From NCBI GenBank assembly GCA_000970895.1, contig JYHA01000087.1:1-47220 (forward strand): 47,220 nucleotides of DNA, read 5' to 3'. A program made the translations under genes and the position numbers. Source of the stretch: Candidatus Arcanibacter lacustris. GTDB taxonomy: Bacteria; Pseudomonadota; Alphaproteobacteria; Rickettsiales; Arcanibacteraceae. Shown piece after piece: positions 26,226 through 36,568 of this stretch; positions within the stretch are counted from its first letter, which is position 1, and each line of letters begins with the position of its first letter. The notes beneath the pieces were generated by a model, which was given only the letters and a program-made list of their open reading frames with translations, did no database searches and was not told the DNA's origin.

Positions 26226-26261
26226 CTTTAGATGTGCCTAATTTAAGGTGAAATACTATGA

Positions 26262-28484
26262 CTACAAATCAAACTTATTATTTTTAGGAAATCCTACTGG
26301 AGGCAACTTACCAACGCTTGCTCTTTTGCCAAGCCAGCCTATTAGCTCTGTTTCTAATCTAGTTTTATTACCAAGAGACCAACTCAAGCCTTCTGCTAAA
26401 TTAAATATCTTGATATCAGATACCATGGCTTCTTTATATTTTTGTAAAGCAACTCCTTGGCCTTTTTTCATCACAGGCAATTCGTCTACTTTAAAGATCA
26501 ATAATTTTCTATTATCGCCAATGATTGCAAGAGCATCACCATCTACGATTTTGCACAAGAATGCTTTATCTTTAGAGCTTAAATTTAATATTTGCTTACC
26601 TGTTTTAGTAGAAGCGATTACATCTTGTTCAGAGACTATAAATCCTTTGCCAGATTTTGATGCAAGCAATAGATTTCTATTATCACCTGCTATAAACATA
26701 GTGATAATTTCATCATCATTTTCTAAATCTATTAGCAGTCTGATTGGATCTCCTTGTCCTTTGCCTCTTGCTATTTTATCGACAAGTATAGTATAGAATT
26801 TTCCTTTTTCTGAGAAAATTATTAGCTTATCAGTAGTATGGGCTTTAATAATGAATTTTTCTTCATCGCCCTCTTTATATTTTGTATCAGATATGTCGTC
26901 ACTATGACCTTTGATTGCTCTAATCCAGCCCATTTTTGAACTTAAAATAGTAACAGCTTCTTTTTCAATGAAATCTTCCGCAGAAATTAGGTTAGTAACA
27001 GGTGCAGCTCCACTAATCTCTGTTCTTCTAGTGCCAAGTGGATTGCTATAACCAAATTTCTTCTGTATCTCTTTAATTTCATCAGTAATTACTTTCTGGC
27101 AAGTTCCATTATCAGAGATAATTAATTCAAGTTTTTCTTTATCAATTAATAGTTGATCCCTTTCTTTGCGAATCACCATTTCTTCAAGCAATCTCAAAGA
27201 TCTTAGTCTCATATTTAAAATTGCATCAGCTTGATTGCTAGTTAGTTTAAATCTTGTTATCAACTCTTCTTTTGGCTCATCTTCTTCGCGGATAATTTTG
27301 ATTATCTCGTCTAAATTAACATAAGCAATAATGAGCCCGTCTAAGATTTCTAAACGATCATTGATTTTATTTAAGCGATAATTAGAACGACGAAGTACTA
27401 CCTTGTGACGATGATCAAGAAATGCTACCAACACCTCTTTCAAGTTCATTACTCTTGGAATACAGTCAGAATCAAGTACGTTCAAATTGAGATTATAGCG
27501 AATTTCAAGATCAGTTAGTTTAAATAAAACCTCCATGATCATGTCTTCACTTGCTGTTCTGTTTTTTGGCTCTAATATTATTCTGATATCTTCTGCTGAT
27601 TCATCTCTAACATTACCAAGCATAGTTAGTTTTTTTTCTTTAAATAAATCAGCTATTTTTTCTATTAACTTAGATTTTTGTACTTGATAAGGTATTTCAG
27701 TGATAATAATTTGATATAGGCCATGATTTAAATTTTCTCTATGCCACTTTGCTCTTAGGCGAAAGCTTCCTCTTCCAGCTTCGTAAGCTGTCTGTATTGT
27801 AGACGGGTTCTCAACAATAATACCACCTGTTGGAAAATCAGGACCTGGTACAAATTTTAATAAATCAGCACAGCTTGCCTCGGGATGTTTTACCAAATAC
27901 AAAAGCGCATCAGATAATTCATGTAAATTATGAGGAGGAACAGAAGTAGCCATACCAACTGCTATTCCTTCTGAACCATTGGCTAGTAAATTTGGAAAAG
28001 CTGCGGGTAATAAAGTAGGCTCACTTTCTTGATCATCATAAGTTAATTTAAAATCAACCGTATCATCATCTAATTCTTTTAATAACAACATGGCAACTTC
28101 ACTAAGACGAGATTCTGTATAACGCATTGCTGCTGCATTATCTCCATCAATTGAACCAAAGTTACCTTGTCCTTGAATCAGTGGGTATCGAACAGTAAAT
28201 TCTTGAGCAAGCCTCACTAATGTTTCATAAACTGCTACATCCCCATGTGGGTGATATTTACCAATCACATCACCAACTACGCGCGCACATTTTTTAAAAC
28301 CATTAGTAGGGTTTAAATTGAGCTGCCTCATAGCATAAAGTAATCTTCTGTGAACCGGCTTCAAACCGTCTCTAACATCAGGTAGAGATCTAGACATGAT
28401 TGTAGAAAGAGCATATGCTAAATATCTCTCACTTAATGCTTGATTAAAGCCAATATTATCAATTTTTTCGTCTAGTTTTTTCAT
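26262..28484 (-). CDS. parC: DNA topoisomerase IV subunit A (ParC)
   Basis: [22 protein letters not shown], catalytic [10 protein letters not shown] and [23 protein letters not shown]. The 740-aa length fits ParC rather than GyrA. Confidence 0.85.
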   Translation of the reverse strand: MKKLDEKIDNIGFNQALSERYLAYALSTIMSRSLPDVRDGLKPVHRRLLYAMRQLNLNPTNGFKKCARVVGDVIGKYHPHGDVAVYETLVRLAQEFTVRYPLIQGQGNFGSIDGDNAAAMRYTESRLSEVAMLLLKELDDDTVDFKLTYDDQESEPTLLPAAFPNLLANGSEGIAVGMATSVPPHNLHELSDALLYLVKHPEASCADLLKFVPGPDFPTGGIIVENPSTIQTAYEAGRGSFRLRAKWHRENLNHGLYQIIITEIPYQVQKSKLIEKIADLFKEKKLTMLGNVRDESAEDIRIILEPKNRTASEDMIMEVLFKLTDLEIRYNLNLNVLDSDCIPRVMNLKEVLVAFLDHRHKVVLRRSNYRLNKINDRLEILDGLIIAYVNLDEIIKIIREEDEPKEELITRFKLTSNQADAILNMRLRSLRLLEEMVIRKERDQLLIDKEKLELIISDNGTCQKVITDEIKEIQKKFGYSNPLGTRRTEISGAAPVTNLISAEDFIEKEAVTILSSKMGWIRAIKGHSDDISDTKYKEGDEEKFIIKAHTTDKLIIFSEKGKFYTILVDKIARGKGQGDPIRLLIDLENDDEIITMFIAGDNRNLLLASKSGKGFIVSEQDVIASTKTGKQILNLSSKDKAFLCKIVDGDALAIIGDNRKLLIFKVDELPVMKKGQGVALQKYKEAMVSDIKIFNLAEGLSWSLGNKTRLETELIGWLGKRASVGKLPPVGFPKNNKFDL

Positions 28485-28498
28485 AACCTAAATGTAAT

Positions 28499-29365
28499 TT
28501 ATCTGTTTCTTTCTAATACAAATCTTGCTAATTCTCTTAGAGGATCGGCCTTTTCTTCAAATACATGTAAGTGAGATATAGCTTGGCTAATTAGCATTTT
28601 TGCTTGCTCTTGAGAATTTTCAATGCCAATATTATCAACATTAGTTTTTTTATAAATCTTGCCATTTTCTTGATTATCCGAAGTATTATCCATGATATCA
28701 TCTGTGATTTGAAATGCAAGCCCTAGTGAATGAGCGTAATTTCTAAGAGAGTTACGTAAATTTTTTGAAGATTTACCAAGTATAGCTCCCGTCTCACAAG
28801 CTACTGCAAATAATTCTCCTGTTTTCATTCTTTGCATTCTCATAATTTCATTGACTGAGAATTCACTTTCTTCTGATAAAACATCGAGCATCTGCCCACC
28901 AACCATACCATGACAACCAATAGCTTTAGCTAAAGCGCTAACTAAATCACATCTAACGTTGCTATCTGGATGAGTATCCTTGTCTGACATTATTTCAAAA
29001 GCCAATGTTAACAGGGCGTCGCCAGCTAAAATTGCAGCTGCTTCTCCGAACTTAATATGACAACTTGGTTGCCCCCTTCTTTCATCGTCATCATCCATTG
29101 CAGGTAAATCATCATGTATTATTGAATATGCATGAACGAATTCGATAGCAGAGGCAGCTCTTAGAGCAGATTCTTGACTAACTCCAAATAACGACGCGGA
29201 GATGAAAGTCAAAAAAGGGCGTAATCTCTTGCCAGAAGATAGAGAAGAATAACTCATAGCATCGACCAATTTTCGATCTTTTTCTGAAGAGACAGAAGGA
29301 AGTAGTTCCTTCATTTTCTTTTCCACTAACGAAGAAATTTGATTTAAATTTTGATGAAATGTCAT
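28499..29365 (-). CDS. ispA: Polyprenyl (farnesyl/geranylgeranyl) diphosphate synthase
   Basis: First Asp-rich motif IIHDDLPAMDDDDERRG and second motif FQITDDIMD. Confidence 0.88.
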   Translation of the reverse strand: MTFHQNLNQISSLVEKKMKELLPSVSSEKDRKLVDAMSYSSLSSGKRLRPFLTFISASLFGVSQESALRAASAIEFVHAYSIIHDDLPAMDDDDERRGQPSCHIKFGEAAAILAGDALLTLAFEIMSDKDTHPDSNVRCDLVSALAKAIGCHGMVGGQMLDVLSEESEFSVNEIMRMQRMKTGELFAVACETGAILGKSSKNLRNSLRNYAHSLGLAFQITDDIMDNTSDNQENGKIYKKTNVDNIGIENSQEQAKMLISQAISHLHVFEEKADPLRELARFVLERNR

Positions 29366-29379
29366 AATTTTATCCTTAT

Positions 29380-30369
29380 TTATTGCTTCAAATCAGTTGA
29401 TAATAAGCCGGCCTCTTTAAAATATTTTGCTGCCCCGTCATGCATTGGTTCTAACTTATAATTATTAACCATATATTTGGTATCGAGAGAATAAAACACA
29501 GGGTCTAGCGCTTTTAAATGGTCAAAATCGCCCAATACTGCTTTTGTTATTTTATAAATAATATCACTATCCATATCATCTGTAGTAGTAAGAATAGCGC
29601 TAACTCCAAGTGTTGTTATGTCAGAGGGGTTGCCAGGATAGGTACCTCCTTTAATAGTAGCTTTAGTATAGGATGGATTAGAGGCAATAAAATTAGAGAT
29701 AGTTTTTTCGTCTAATTGCAATATTGCAATATCGCATGAGATAGAAGCTTCTCTAACCGCGCCATTTGGATGGCCAACATTAATAATCATAGCATCTATC
29801 TTAGAGTTGCATAAAGCTTCGGGCTGTGAAGAAAGGTCAATCTCACTAATGCTTGCAAAATCTTTTTTACCTAATCCATAAAAAGCAAATAATTTTTCTA
29901 CTAATGTTTTGCTACCAGATCCATCTACAGCTATTGCAATTCTCTTGCCTTTGATATCTTCGAATTTTGCAATACCTGTATTAGCTCTTGCTACTATTGT
30001 GAGAGCTTCTTGATAAAGAGAAAAGATGCTCCTTAAAGATTTATTAGGAGCTTTGTTAGCATAAGGTCCAGAGCCATTATAAGCGTCATGCAAAGTATCT
30101 GATTGTAAAATAGCAAAATTATTTTTGTTAGAGTATAGATTTTCTAAATTTTCCGATGATCCATTGCTATAGTCAACAGCACATCTAATACCAAGATTTT
30201 TAATATTTTGATTGATAATGCGACATATAGTTCCACCAACAGAATAATATAAGCCAGTAACATCGCCGGCTCCAATCGTCATAGGTTTGTTGCCTAGTTT
30301 TTTATTATCCTCTGCAGCAAAACTACTTAAACTAATAAGCAAAATAAGCAGTATATAGATTTTTTTCAT
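29380..30369 (-). CDS. TAXI-family TRAP-type solute-binding protein
   Basis: Signal peptide MKKIYILLILLISLSSFA, then TIGAGDVTGLYYSVGGTICRII, GSSENLENL, DIKGKRIAIAVDGSGS and the C-terminal PMHDGAAKYFKEAGLL, which is the TAXI (TIGR02122-like) pattern. The ORF track start at 30387 would overlap the upstream gene by 17 nt. Confidence 0.8.
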   Translation of the reverse strand: MKKIYILLILLISLSSFAAEDNKKLGNKPMTIGAGDVTGLYYSVGGTICRIINQNIKNLGIRCAVDYSNGSSENLENLYSNKNNFAILQSDTLHDAYNGSGPYANKAPNKSLRSIFSLYQEALTIVARANTGIAKFEDIKGKRIAIAVDGSGSKTLVEKLFAFYGLGKKDFASISEIDLSSQPEALCNSKIDAMIINVGHPNGAVREASISCDIAILQLDEKTISNFIASNPSYTKATIKGGTYPGNPSDITTLGVSAILTTTDDMDSDIIYKITKAVLGDFDHLKALDPVFYSLDTKYMVNNYKLEPMHDGAAKYFKEAGLLSTDLKQ

Positions 30370-30370
30370 A

Positions 30371-31618
30371 TTAATCATCGCATTCACTTAGATAAAGTTC
30401 TTCGTCTAAAGTTCCTTCTGTTTTATCTATAATTAAAGTAATAGTAACATCGCCAGTAATATTAATCATAGTTCTAATCATATCTGCAATTCTGTCAATT
30501 CCAGCAATTAAAGCTACTGCTTTTAAAGGATCGATTGGTAGATTGACTGCAGAAATTATCATAGGGAGCATCATTATTGATCCCCCGGGAACCCCAGCTC
30601 CACCAATAGAGCCGAGTGTAGCAGTTAGCGCTATGATAATATAATCTTGCATAGTTAGTGCAACGCCTGATATTTGGGCAAAAAATATGGTGCAAAGACT
30701 AAGATAAATAGCCATACCATCCATATTGATAGAAGTGCCAAGAGGAAGTATAAATGAAGTGCTGCTATTAGAAATTCCAAGCTTATTTCTACATATTTGC
30801 ATAGTGGTGGCCAAAGATGCTTTGGTACTGCTCGTAGAAAGAGCTAGTGCCTGATATTCAAAGCTTTTTTTGTAAAAGGGAATAGGGTTTAGGCGACCAA
30901 AGACTCTAATCAATATGCCAAAAACAATATATTGAACTAACATAGCTAGTATAACAGCTCCTAGTAATTTACCAAGAGAGCTCAATACTTCTATGCCCTG
31001 ACTGGTTATTAGCCAGCAAGTAAGGGAGAATACTCCATATGGGGACAAGTTGATTACAATGGCCATCATTTTAAAGACGAGTCTTGACATCATATGAAAA
31101 AAATCTACGATTTTTGTATCTTCATTTTGCATTTTATTAAGCGTAATACCTGTAAATAGTGATATAAACACAATTTGCAGCATCACATTATCATAAAAAG
31201 CCTTAATTATATTGCTTGGAACAACATTTGTAACCATATTTATAAAGCTAAACTCTATTTTTTCTACAAAATCAGAAGTGAGATCGCTTGCTGAAATAGC
31301 AGTTCCAACTCCTGGTTTCATTAAAATTGCAACTGTAATGCCTATGATAATAGCAAAAAATGTGGTGGTAATAAAAGCAGCGGTGGCTTTTAATCCTATT
31401 CTACCCAATGAGGCTGAGTCACTAAAGCTTGTAACGCCTTGAACGAGAGAGAAAAATATTAATGGAGCAACTACCATCATAATTAGTTTGATAAAAATAT
31501 CGCCGATAGGCTTTATATATGTTTCTATTAAAGCAACGTGTTGAGCATCGCCGTTAGCAGCAAATCCCAAAGCTGCACCAGCAGCTAATCCTATTGTAAC
31601 TTTTTGCCAAAGCTTCAT
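30371..31618 (-). CDS. Dicarboxylate/amino acid:cation symporter (DAACS, GltP/DctA family)
   Basis: MKLWQKVTIGLAAGAALG start, STSSTKASLATTMQ, PLGTSINMDGMAIY and GGAGVPGGSIMML match the DAACS re-entrant loop motifs. Confidence 0.85.
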   Translation of the reverse strand: MKLWQKVTIGLAAGAALGFAANGDAQHVALIETYIKPIGDIFIKLIMMVVAPLIFFSLVQGVTSFSDSASLGRIGLKATAAFITTTFFAIIIGITVAILMKPGVGTAISASDLTSDFVEKIEFSFINMVTNVVPSNIIKAFYDNVMLQIVFISLFTGITLNKMQNEDTKIVDFFHMMSRLVFKMMAIVINLSPYGVFSLTCWLITSQGIEVLSSLGKLLGAVILAMLVQYIVFGILIRVFGRLNPIPFYKKSFEYQALALSTSSTKASLATTMQICRNKLGISNSSTSFILPLGTSINMDGMAIYLSLCTIFFAQISGVALTMQDYIIIALTATLGSIGGAGVPGGSIMMLPMIISAVNLPIDPLKAVALIAGIDRIADMIRTMINITGDVTITLIIDKTEGTLDEELYLSECDD

Positions 31619-31814
31619 ATTATTTATTACCTTTATATTATTCTAAGAATATATTTAAATTATTTGTACTTTAAGTTGTCGTATGACGAAAACATACTAT
31701 ATGATTTTTATAAAGCAAATCATACAACAAAAAGTGATAATATAGATTTTTTTAGATGATATTGTTTTTTTTTAAAGAGTAAATAAATATTTTCATCCAA
31801 TTCTCTGGAATTTG

Positions 31815-31844
31815 TTGACCTTGGTAGCTAAAATCGATTATTAT
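31815..31844 (+). promoter_or_regulatory. Candidate sigma70-type promoter for the cytochrome c gene
   Basis: TTGACC (31815-31820), 18-nt spacer, TATTAT (31839-31844), about 64 nt upstream of the ATG at 31908, which has an AGGAG RBS. -10-like hexamers are common in AT-rich DNA, so support is modest. Confidence 0.3.
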
Positions 31845-31907
31845 AAGAGCTATATTTATATTTAAAAAACTATTTTTTTGAAATAATTGCCTGTTAGGAG
31901 ATGATTT

Positions 31908-32507
31908 ATGTCTGGTTTGGAGTTTAATAAAATTGCGGCTTCTGTTCTGGTAGCTGGTGTTGCTGCTATGGCCATAGGAGTTATGACCGATATATTATAT
32001 CATCCCGAAACAAAAGTTGCTGTTAGGGGATTTTCAATTGAAGTAATAGAGACTAGTGATAATAGTGGGGCTGCAAATCTAGTAGAAGTAATTAATATTG
32101 GTCAGTTAATGGCTAAGGCTGACGCTGATAAGGGTAAAGATGATGCTCAAAAATGTGCAGTATGTCACAATTTTGTCAAGGGCGCTGGTGCTAAAGTTGG
32201 ACCAGATTTGTGGGATGTAGTCCAGAGACCAAAAGGATCTATTCAAGATTATACTTATAGTAAGGCAATGAGTAGCAAGGGCGGTAAGTGGGAATATGAG
32301 GATTTGTATCATTTTTTACGCGCTCCTAGAAAATTCGTAGTAGGTACTAAGATGGGATTTGCTGGGTTTAATAAGCCTGAAGACGCAATTAATGTCATAG
32401 CTTATTTACGTACTTTGAGTGATAATCCATTGCCACTTCCTCCTGTAGAAGCAGCAGTGCCAGCTGCAGCAGTTCCTGCGGCTCCACCAGTAGAGCCAAA
32501 GAAATAA
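31908..32507 (+). CDS. Membrane-anchored c-type cytochrome (CycM-like)
   Basis: N-terminal TM anchor AASVLVAGVAAMAIGVM, haem motif CAVCHNF, distal Met region GTKMGFAGF, and a Pro/Ala-rich tail. Confidence 0.85.
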   Translation: MSGLEFNKIAASVLVAGVAAMAIGVMTDILYHPETKVAVRGFSIEVIETSDNSGAANLVEVINIGQLMAKADADKGKDDAQKCAVCHNFVKGAGAKVGPDLWDVVQRPKGSIQDYTYSKAMSSKGGKWEYEDLYHFLRAPRKFVVGTKMGFAGFNKPEDAINVIAYLRTLSDNPLPLPPVEAAVPAAAVPAAPPVEPKK

Positions 32508-33311
32508 GTGCTAAGAGCAAAGAAAGTTAAAATAGCTACCTGGAATGTTAATTCTATTAATGCAAGAATAGAAATAGTAGTTGATTGGATAAATAATAAC
32601 CAGCCAGATATTTTATTGCTCCAGGAATTAAAATGCCAAAATGATAATTTTCCATATCAGCAATTTGAAGATTTAGGTTACAATATTGCTATTTATGGTC
32701 AAAAATCTTACAATGGTGTTGCTATTTTATCAAGATTCCCATTAGAAGATATAGTAATGGATTTTAAAAATAATCCAGACCCATCCCAAGCAAGATATAT
32801 CGAAGCTGTAATTTCTTATGCTAATAATAAAGTAATAAAAGTTGCATCAGTCTATGTGCCAAATGGCAAGGAAGTAGATCACGAAAATTTCCAATATAAA
32901 CTAAAATTTTTAGAAGCGATTCACGATTATTATCAAGATCAATTAAAATATAATGAAGCCTTCTTTATTGGTGGAGATTTTAATGTAGCTCTTGAAAATC
33001 TAGATGTTTTTGACGCAGATAGTTTAGAAGGATCAATTTGCTTCCACAAAGATGAGCGAAAGATCTTTAGAAAATTATTTAACGCAGGATATTATGATCT
33101 ATTCCGCCAATATAACCAAGATAAAGGGGCTTTTTCTTGGTGGGATTATAGAGCTGGTGCTTGGCAAAAAAATCAAGGTATGAGAATAGATTATATGATT
33201 GGCTCGCCTGAGGCCTGTTCTATTACAACTAATTGCTATATTGATGAGACAACTAGGAGTCTTGATAAAACTTCTGATCACGCACCTGTGATAGTGAGCA
33301 TTACTTCCTGA
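32508..33311 (+). CDS. xthA: Exodeoxyribonuclease III
   Basis: GTG start abutting the previous stop. IATWNVNSI, LLLQELK, GGDFNVA, WWDYR and SDHAPV are the ExoIII/EEP motifs. Confidence 0.9.
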   Translation: MLRAKKVKIATWNVNSINARIEIVVDWINNNQPDILLLQELKCQNDNFPYQQFEDLGYNIAIYGQKSYNGVAILSRFPLEDIVMDFKNNPDPSQARYIEAVISYANNKVIKVASVYVPNGKEVDHENFQYKLKFLEAIHDYYQDQLKYNEAFFIGGDFNVALENLDVFDADSLEGSICFHKDERKIFRKLFNAGYYDLFRQYNQDKGAFSWWDYRAGAWQKNQGMRIDYMIGSPEACSITTNCYIDETTRSLDKTSDHAPVIVSITS

Positions 33312-34062
33312 TAGTTTTATCAAGCAATCTCATTGCTACTTTAAATAATACCACAACAAGTAAGCACATAGAAGAAACAACTATCCCAACATTAATATTT
33401 TCTACTTCGAAAAAACATGATCTAAAGATTTGCAAGATATAATATAGAGGATTAAATAACGAGATATTTTGCCATATAGGATCAAGCCTTTCTATTTTAT
33501 AGTATAATCCTGCAAAAAATATCATGGGGGTGAGAATAAAGGAAGAAAACCAGGCAATATCATCAAAATTTTTAGCAAGAAATGCATTGATTAAACCCGC
33601 TATGGCAAAAATAATTGCAGTCAAGAGGCTGATGATTAATAATAGGGGGAAGTTGATGATTGATGTGCTGGTAAAAAACATCGATGCAAGATAAATGAAA
33701 CAAGCAAGGGTAATGCTTCTTGCCACCCCTCCACTTGCATAGGCTAGTATTATAATATAGCTGGGGGTAGGGGAGATTAGAAGCTCTTCGATTGATCTCA
33801 TATATTTTGGTACAAAAAAAGAAGAAACCGTATTTTCATAAGAATTCATTATAATTGCCATCAAAATTAACCCAGGGATAATATAATGAATATATGGTTG
33901 GTTTTGTGAAATTTGTGAGCCTATAAGCTTGCCAAATACCAACATATTAAGAGCAGCAGATATAATAGAGGGGCAAATTGTTTGAGGCCAAATCCTAATA
34001 ATCCTCAATATTTCTCTGCGTAAAATCGAATTATAAGCTATGGTTTTTTGATAAATATTCAT
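33301..34062 (-). CDS. ABC-2 type transporter permease
   Basis: Six hydrophobic segments and about 250 aa. Starts 2 nt downstream of the stop of the cognate ATPase gene. Confidence 0.75.
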   Translation of the reverse strand: MNIYQKTIAYNSILRREILRIIRIWPQTICPSIISAALNMLVFGKLIGSQISQNQPYIHYIIPGLILMAIIMNSYENTVSSFFVPKYMRSIEELLISPTPSYIIILAYASGGVARSITLACFIYLASMFFTSTSIINFPLLLIISLLTAIIFAIAGLINAFLAKNFDDIAWFSSFILTPMIFFAGLYYKIERLDPIWQNISLFNPLYYILQIFRSCFFEVENINVGIVVSSMCLLVVVLFKVAMRLLDKTIRK

Positions 34063-34064
34063 AA

Positions 34065-34970
34065 TTAATTTTTGGTTACCTGTAAAAAAAACTTCTCAAG
34101 TCTATTTATTTTGTTGCTGATGCTTTTAATTTTGATGTTATTTGCAACAAGATCAGCAATAATCTTGCCCAAATTGCTACTTGAAAATACTGATAATTCT
34201 ATAGTTTTGCTATCGGTTAGTTTCATATGCTCATTTGTTAGTTGTGTTTGTTTTGCATCTTCTTGCAAATGTAAGACATATACTTCTTCATCTAGTTTAT
34301 TTAATATATCTGCCACTCTTCCATTTTCAACAATCAAACCATGGTGAATAATTGCAATATTATTACAGAGTCTCTCTACTTCTTCTAAATAATGGGAGGT
34401 AAGAAGAATAGTTTTGCCTGATTTATTTAAATCAGAAAGTAGCTCCCAAATTAGATGTCTGATTTCTATATCAACACCAGCTGTTGGTTCATCTAATATC
34501 AAAATCTTAGGATCGTGCATAAGAGCGCGCGCGATCATTAATCTACGCTTCATACCACCAGATAGGTTTCTTGAAATATTATTTCTTTTATCCCATAGCT
34601 CAAGTAATATGAGATATTTCTCAGCACGTTCTAATGCTATTTTTCTTGGTACTCCATAAAATCCAGCTTGAGTTACCAGTATATCAACTATATTTTCATG
34701 TAATGATAAATTTATTTCTTGAGGTATGATGCCAAGTAGAGATTTTACTTTTAATGGGTCTTTATCGATACTATATCCAAGTACTGATATATTGCCGCTT
34801 GTTTTTGTAATAAGGGAGCTTAAGATATTGATGGTTGTTGATTTTCCTGCTCCGTTTGGCCCCAAAACACCAAAGAAATCACCTTCCTCTATCTTTAAAT
34901 TTATATTATCAACGGCACAATAGCCATTCTGATAGATTTTTTTTAAATTCTCTATTTCTAATGCAAGCAT
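34065..34970 (-). CDS. ABC transporter ATP-binding protein (ABC-2 exporter type)
   Basis: Walker A GPNGAGKST, signature LSGGMKRRLMIARAL, Walker B ILILDEPTAGVD, H-loop TSHYLEE. Confidence 0.9.
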   Translation of the reverse strand: MLALEIENLKKIYQNGYCAVDNINLKIEEGDFFGVLGPNGAGKSTTINILSSLITKTSGNISVLGYSIDKDPLKVKSLLGIIPQEINLSLHENIVDILVTQAGFYGVPRKIALERAEKYLILLELWDKRNNISRNLSGGMKRRLMIARALMHDPKILILDEPTAGVDIEIRHLIWELLSDLNKSGKTILLTSHYLEEVERLCNNIAIIHHGLIVENGRVADILNKLDEEVYVLHLQEDAKQTQLTNEHMKLTDSKTIELSVFSSSNLGKIIADLVANNIKIKSISNKINRLEKFFLQVTKN

Positions 34971-34974
34971 TTTA

Positions 34975-35691
34975 TTATTCTTTATATTTTTGCCATAAAT
35001 CAGGTCTTCTCTCTTTAGTTATTGCCTTAGATTGTTCTTTTTTCCATTCGGCAATTTTTTCATGATTTCCTGATGTTAATACTGGTGGTACTGTTCTTTC
35101 TTTCCAGTTCTCAGGACGAGTATAGAGTGGATATTCTAGTAATCCAGCAATATTATCACTAACAAAGCTTTCTTCTGTTAAGGTGTTGGTGTTTTCAATT
35201 ACACCAGGAAGTAACCTTACGCATGCATCTATCATACTCATACAAGCAATTTCTCCTCCAGATAAAATATAATCTCCCACAGAAATTTCTTCGATATTAT
35301 ATTCTTCGATCACTCTCTCATCAATGCCTTCAAAACGACCACATAAAATTATTATATTTTGCTTCTCTACTAATTTTTTGACTAAAGTTTGATCAAGTGT
35401 TTTTCCTCTAGGAGACATGTAAATAATATTTTTACTCCCTGTCTGCTCGATTGCTTTTTCAATTGCAGGGCCTATTACATCTGCACGAAGAACCATGCCA
35501 CTTCCCCCGCCATAGGCCTTATCATCGATGAGATGTCCTTTGGCGCCAAGAGCATAATCACGAATGTTAATTAGATCTAATTGCCAAATATTATTATCAA
35601 GCGCTCTTTTAGCGAGGGAATAGCCAAGTGGTCCTGGAAACATTTCAGGAAATAACGTAAGGATAGTCGCTTTAAATAAAATATTAGTCAT
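34975..35691 (-). CDS. trmD: tRNA (guanine37-N1)-methyltransferase
   Basis: ILTLFPEMFPGPL, DDKAYGGGSGMVL, CGRFEGIDERV, SVGDYILSGGE and YTRP are TrmD trefoil-knot motifs. Confidence 0.92.
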   Translation of the reverse strand: MTNILFKATILTLFPEMFPGPLGYSLAKRALDNNIWQLDLINIRDYALGAKGHLIDDKAYGGGSGMVLRADVIGPAIEKAIEQTGSKNIIYMSPRGKTLDQTLVKKLVEKQNIIILCGRFEGIDERVIEEYNIEEISVGDYILSGGEIACMSMIDACVRLLPGVIENTNTLTEESFVSDNIAGLLEYPLYTRPENWKERTVPPVLTSGNHEKIAEWKKEQSKAITKERRPDLWQKYKE

Positions 35692-35701
35692 TATAATCCT
35701 A

Positions 35702-35836
35702 CCCCACGCTTTTTTACAAAATGCAAGCTTTGAGATAAGGAAGGGGTCGTCATCCTGGAGCGATATTTATCTTTTTCAAAGACAAAATTCTCTCCAGGAT
35801 GACGACTCTCTGAGGTACCATATAAAAAGTGTGGAG
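35702..35836. repeat. Full-length palindromic repeat (family 1)
   Basis: Outer arms CCCCACGCTTTTTTAC... and ...TATAAAAAGTGTGGAG. Inner perfect hairpin GTCGTCATCCTGGAG (35746-35760) and CTCCAGGATGACGAC (35792-35806). A 27-nt block is identical to 7228-7254. Confidence 0.85.
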
Positions 35837-35848
35837 TAGGATCAGTCA

Positions 35849-36568
35849 TTATTTGCTAAGAGATTGTTTGGATCTAGCATAATCTTTAGAGCTTTTGCCA
35901 AATTTATCTTTGATATCCGAATTTGCTCCCATTGATTTTAAGCTCTGGATAATTGATGAGTTTCCTTTGATAGAAGCTAGATGTAATGGCGTGCTTCCTT
36001 CGGAATCAGCTAGATTTATATTAGCGCCTCTTGCAAGTAATAGTCTAGTTGTGTCTATTTGATTGGCTAATATTGCTTTGATTAGCAAACTATCACCTTT
36101 TTGATCGCGCGTATCAACGTTGATTTTATGATCTAATAATATTCTAAGACAATTAACATCACCCTGGCCTGCACAGTAAAACGCCATTTTCAGGTAATTA
36201 AAACTATTAGTATCGTCAGCTAAATGGACGTTAGTTGGACTGGTAGGATTTAGAATATCAGCAGGATAGGATGCAACTAAATAGTCAATCGACATGATTT
36301 TTTCAATTCGCTTTAGTTTTTTCGAATTGTTTGCCATAATTTCCTTAGATCTTTTCCAGATGATTTTTTCATCAGCACTAAGATTTAAGAGGGATACATC
36401 AATTTCATCTATAGAATATACAGGATTATTATCCGGTTCTTCGCTCAAGAATTTAAATTCTTGTTCTAAAAAATGATCATCATGGGTAATTTCATTATTA
36501 GCAAATGAGCTATTGCACCAACTAGAAATAATGAAGAAATAACTTATGATGAAAACAGAGGCTTTCAT
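35849..36568 (-). CDS. Secreted ankyrin-repeat protein
   Basis: Signal peptide MKASVFIISYFFIISSWCNSSFA. ANK repeats are in GDSLLIKAILANQIDTTRLLLARGANINLADSEGSTPLHLASIKGNSSIIQSLKSMGANSDIKDKFGKSS. Its ATG overlaps the popZ stop (TAATG). Confidence 0.85.
   Translation of the reverse strand: MKASVFIISYFFIISSWCNSSFANNEITHDDHFLEQEFKFLSEEPDNNPVYSIDEIDVSLLNLSADEKIIWKRSKEIMANNSKKLKRIEKIMSIDYLVASYPADILNPTSPTNVHLADDTNSFNYLKMAFYCAGQGDVNCLRILLDHKINVDTRDQKGDSLLIKAILANQIDTTRLLLARGANINLADSEGSTPLHLASIKGNSSIIQSLKSMGANSDIKDKFGKSSKDYARSKQSLSK

Noticed and set aside
26248-26796. 182-aa plus-strand ORF starting in the repeat and running antisense through the 3' end of parC
   Set aside because: It lies entirely opposite the well-supported ParC C-terminal domain, is low-complexity, and starts inside a palindromic repeat.
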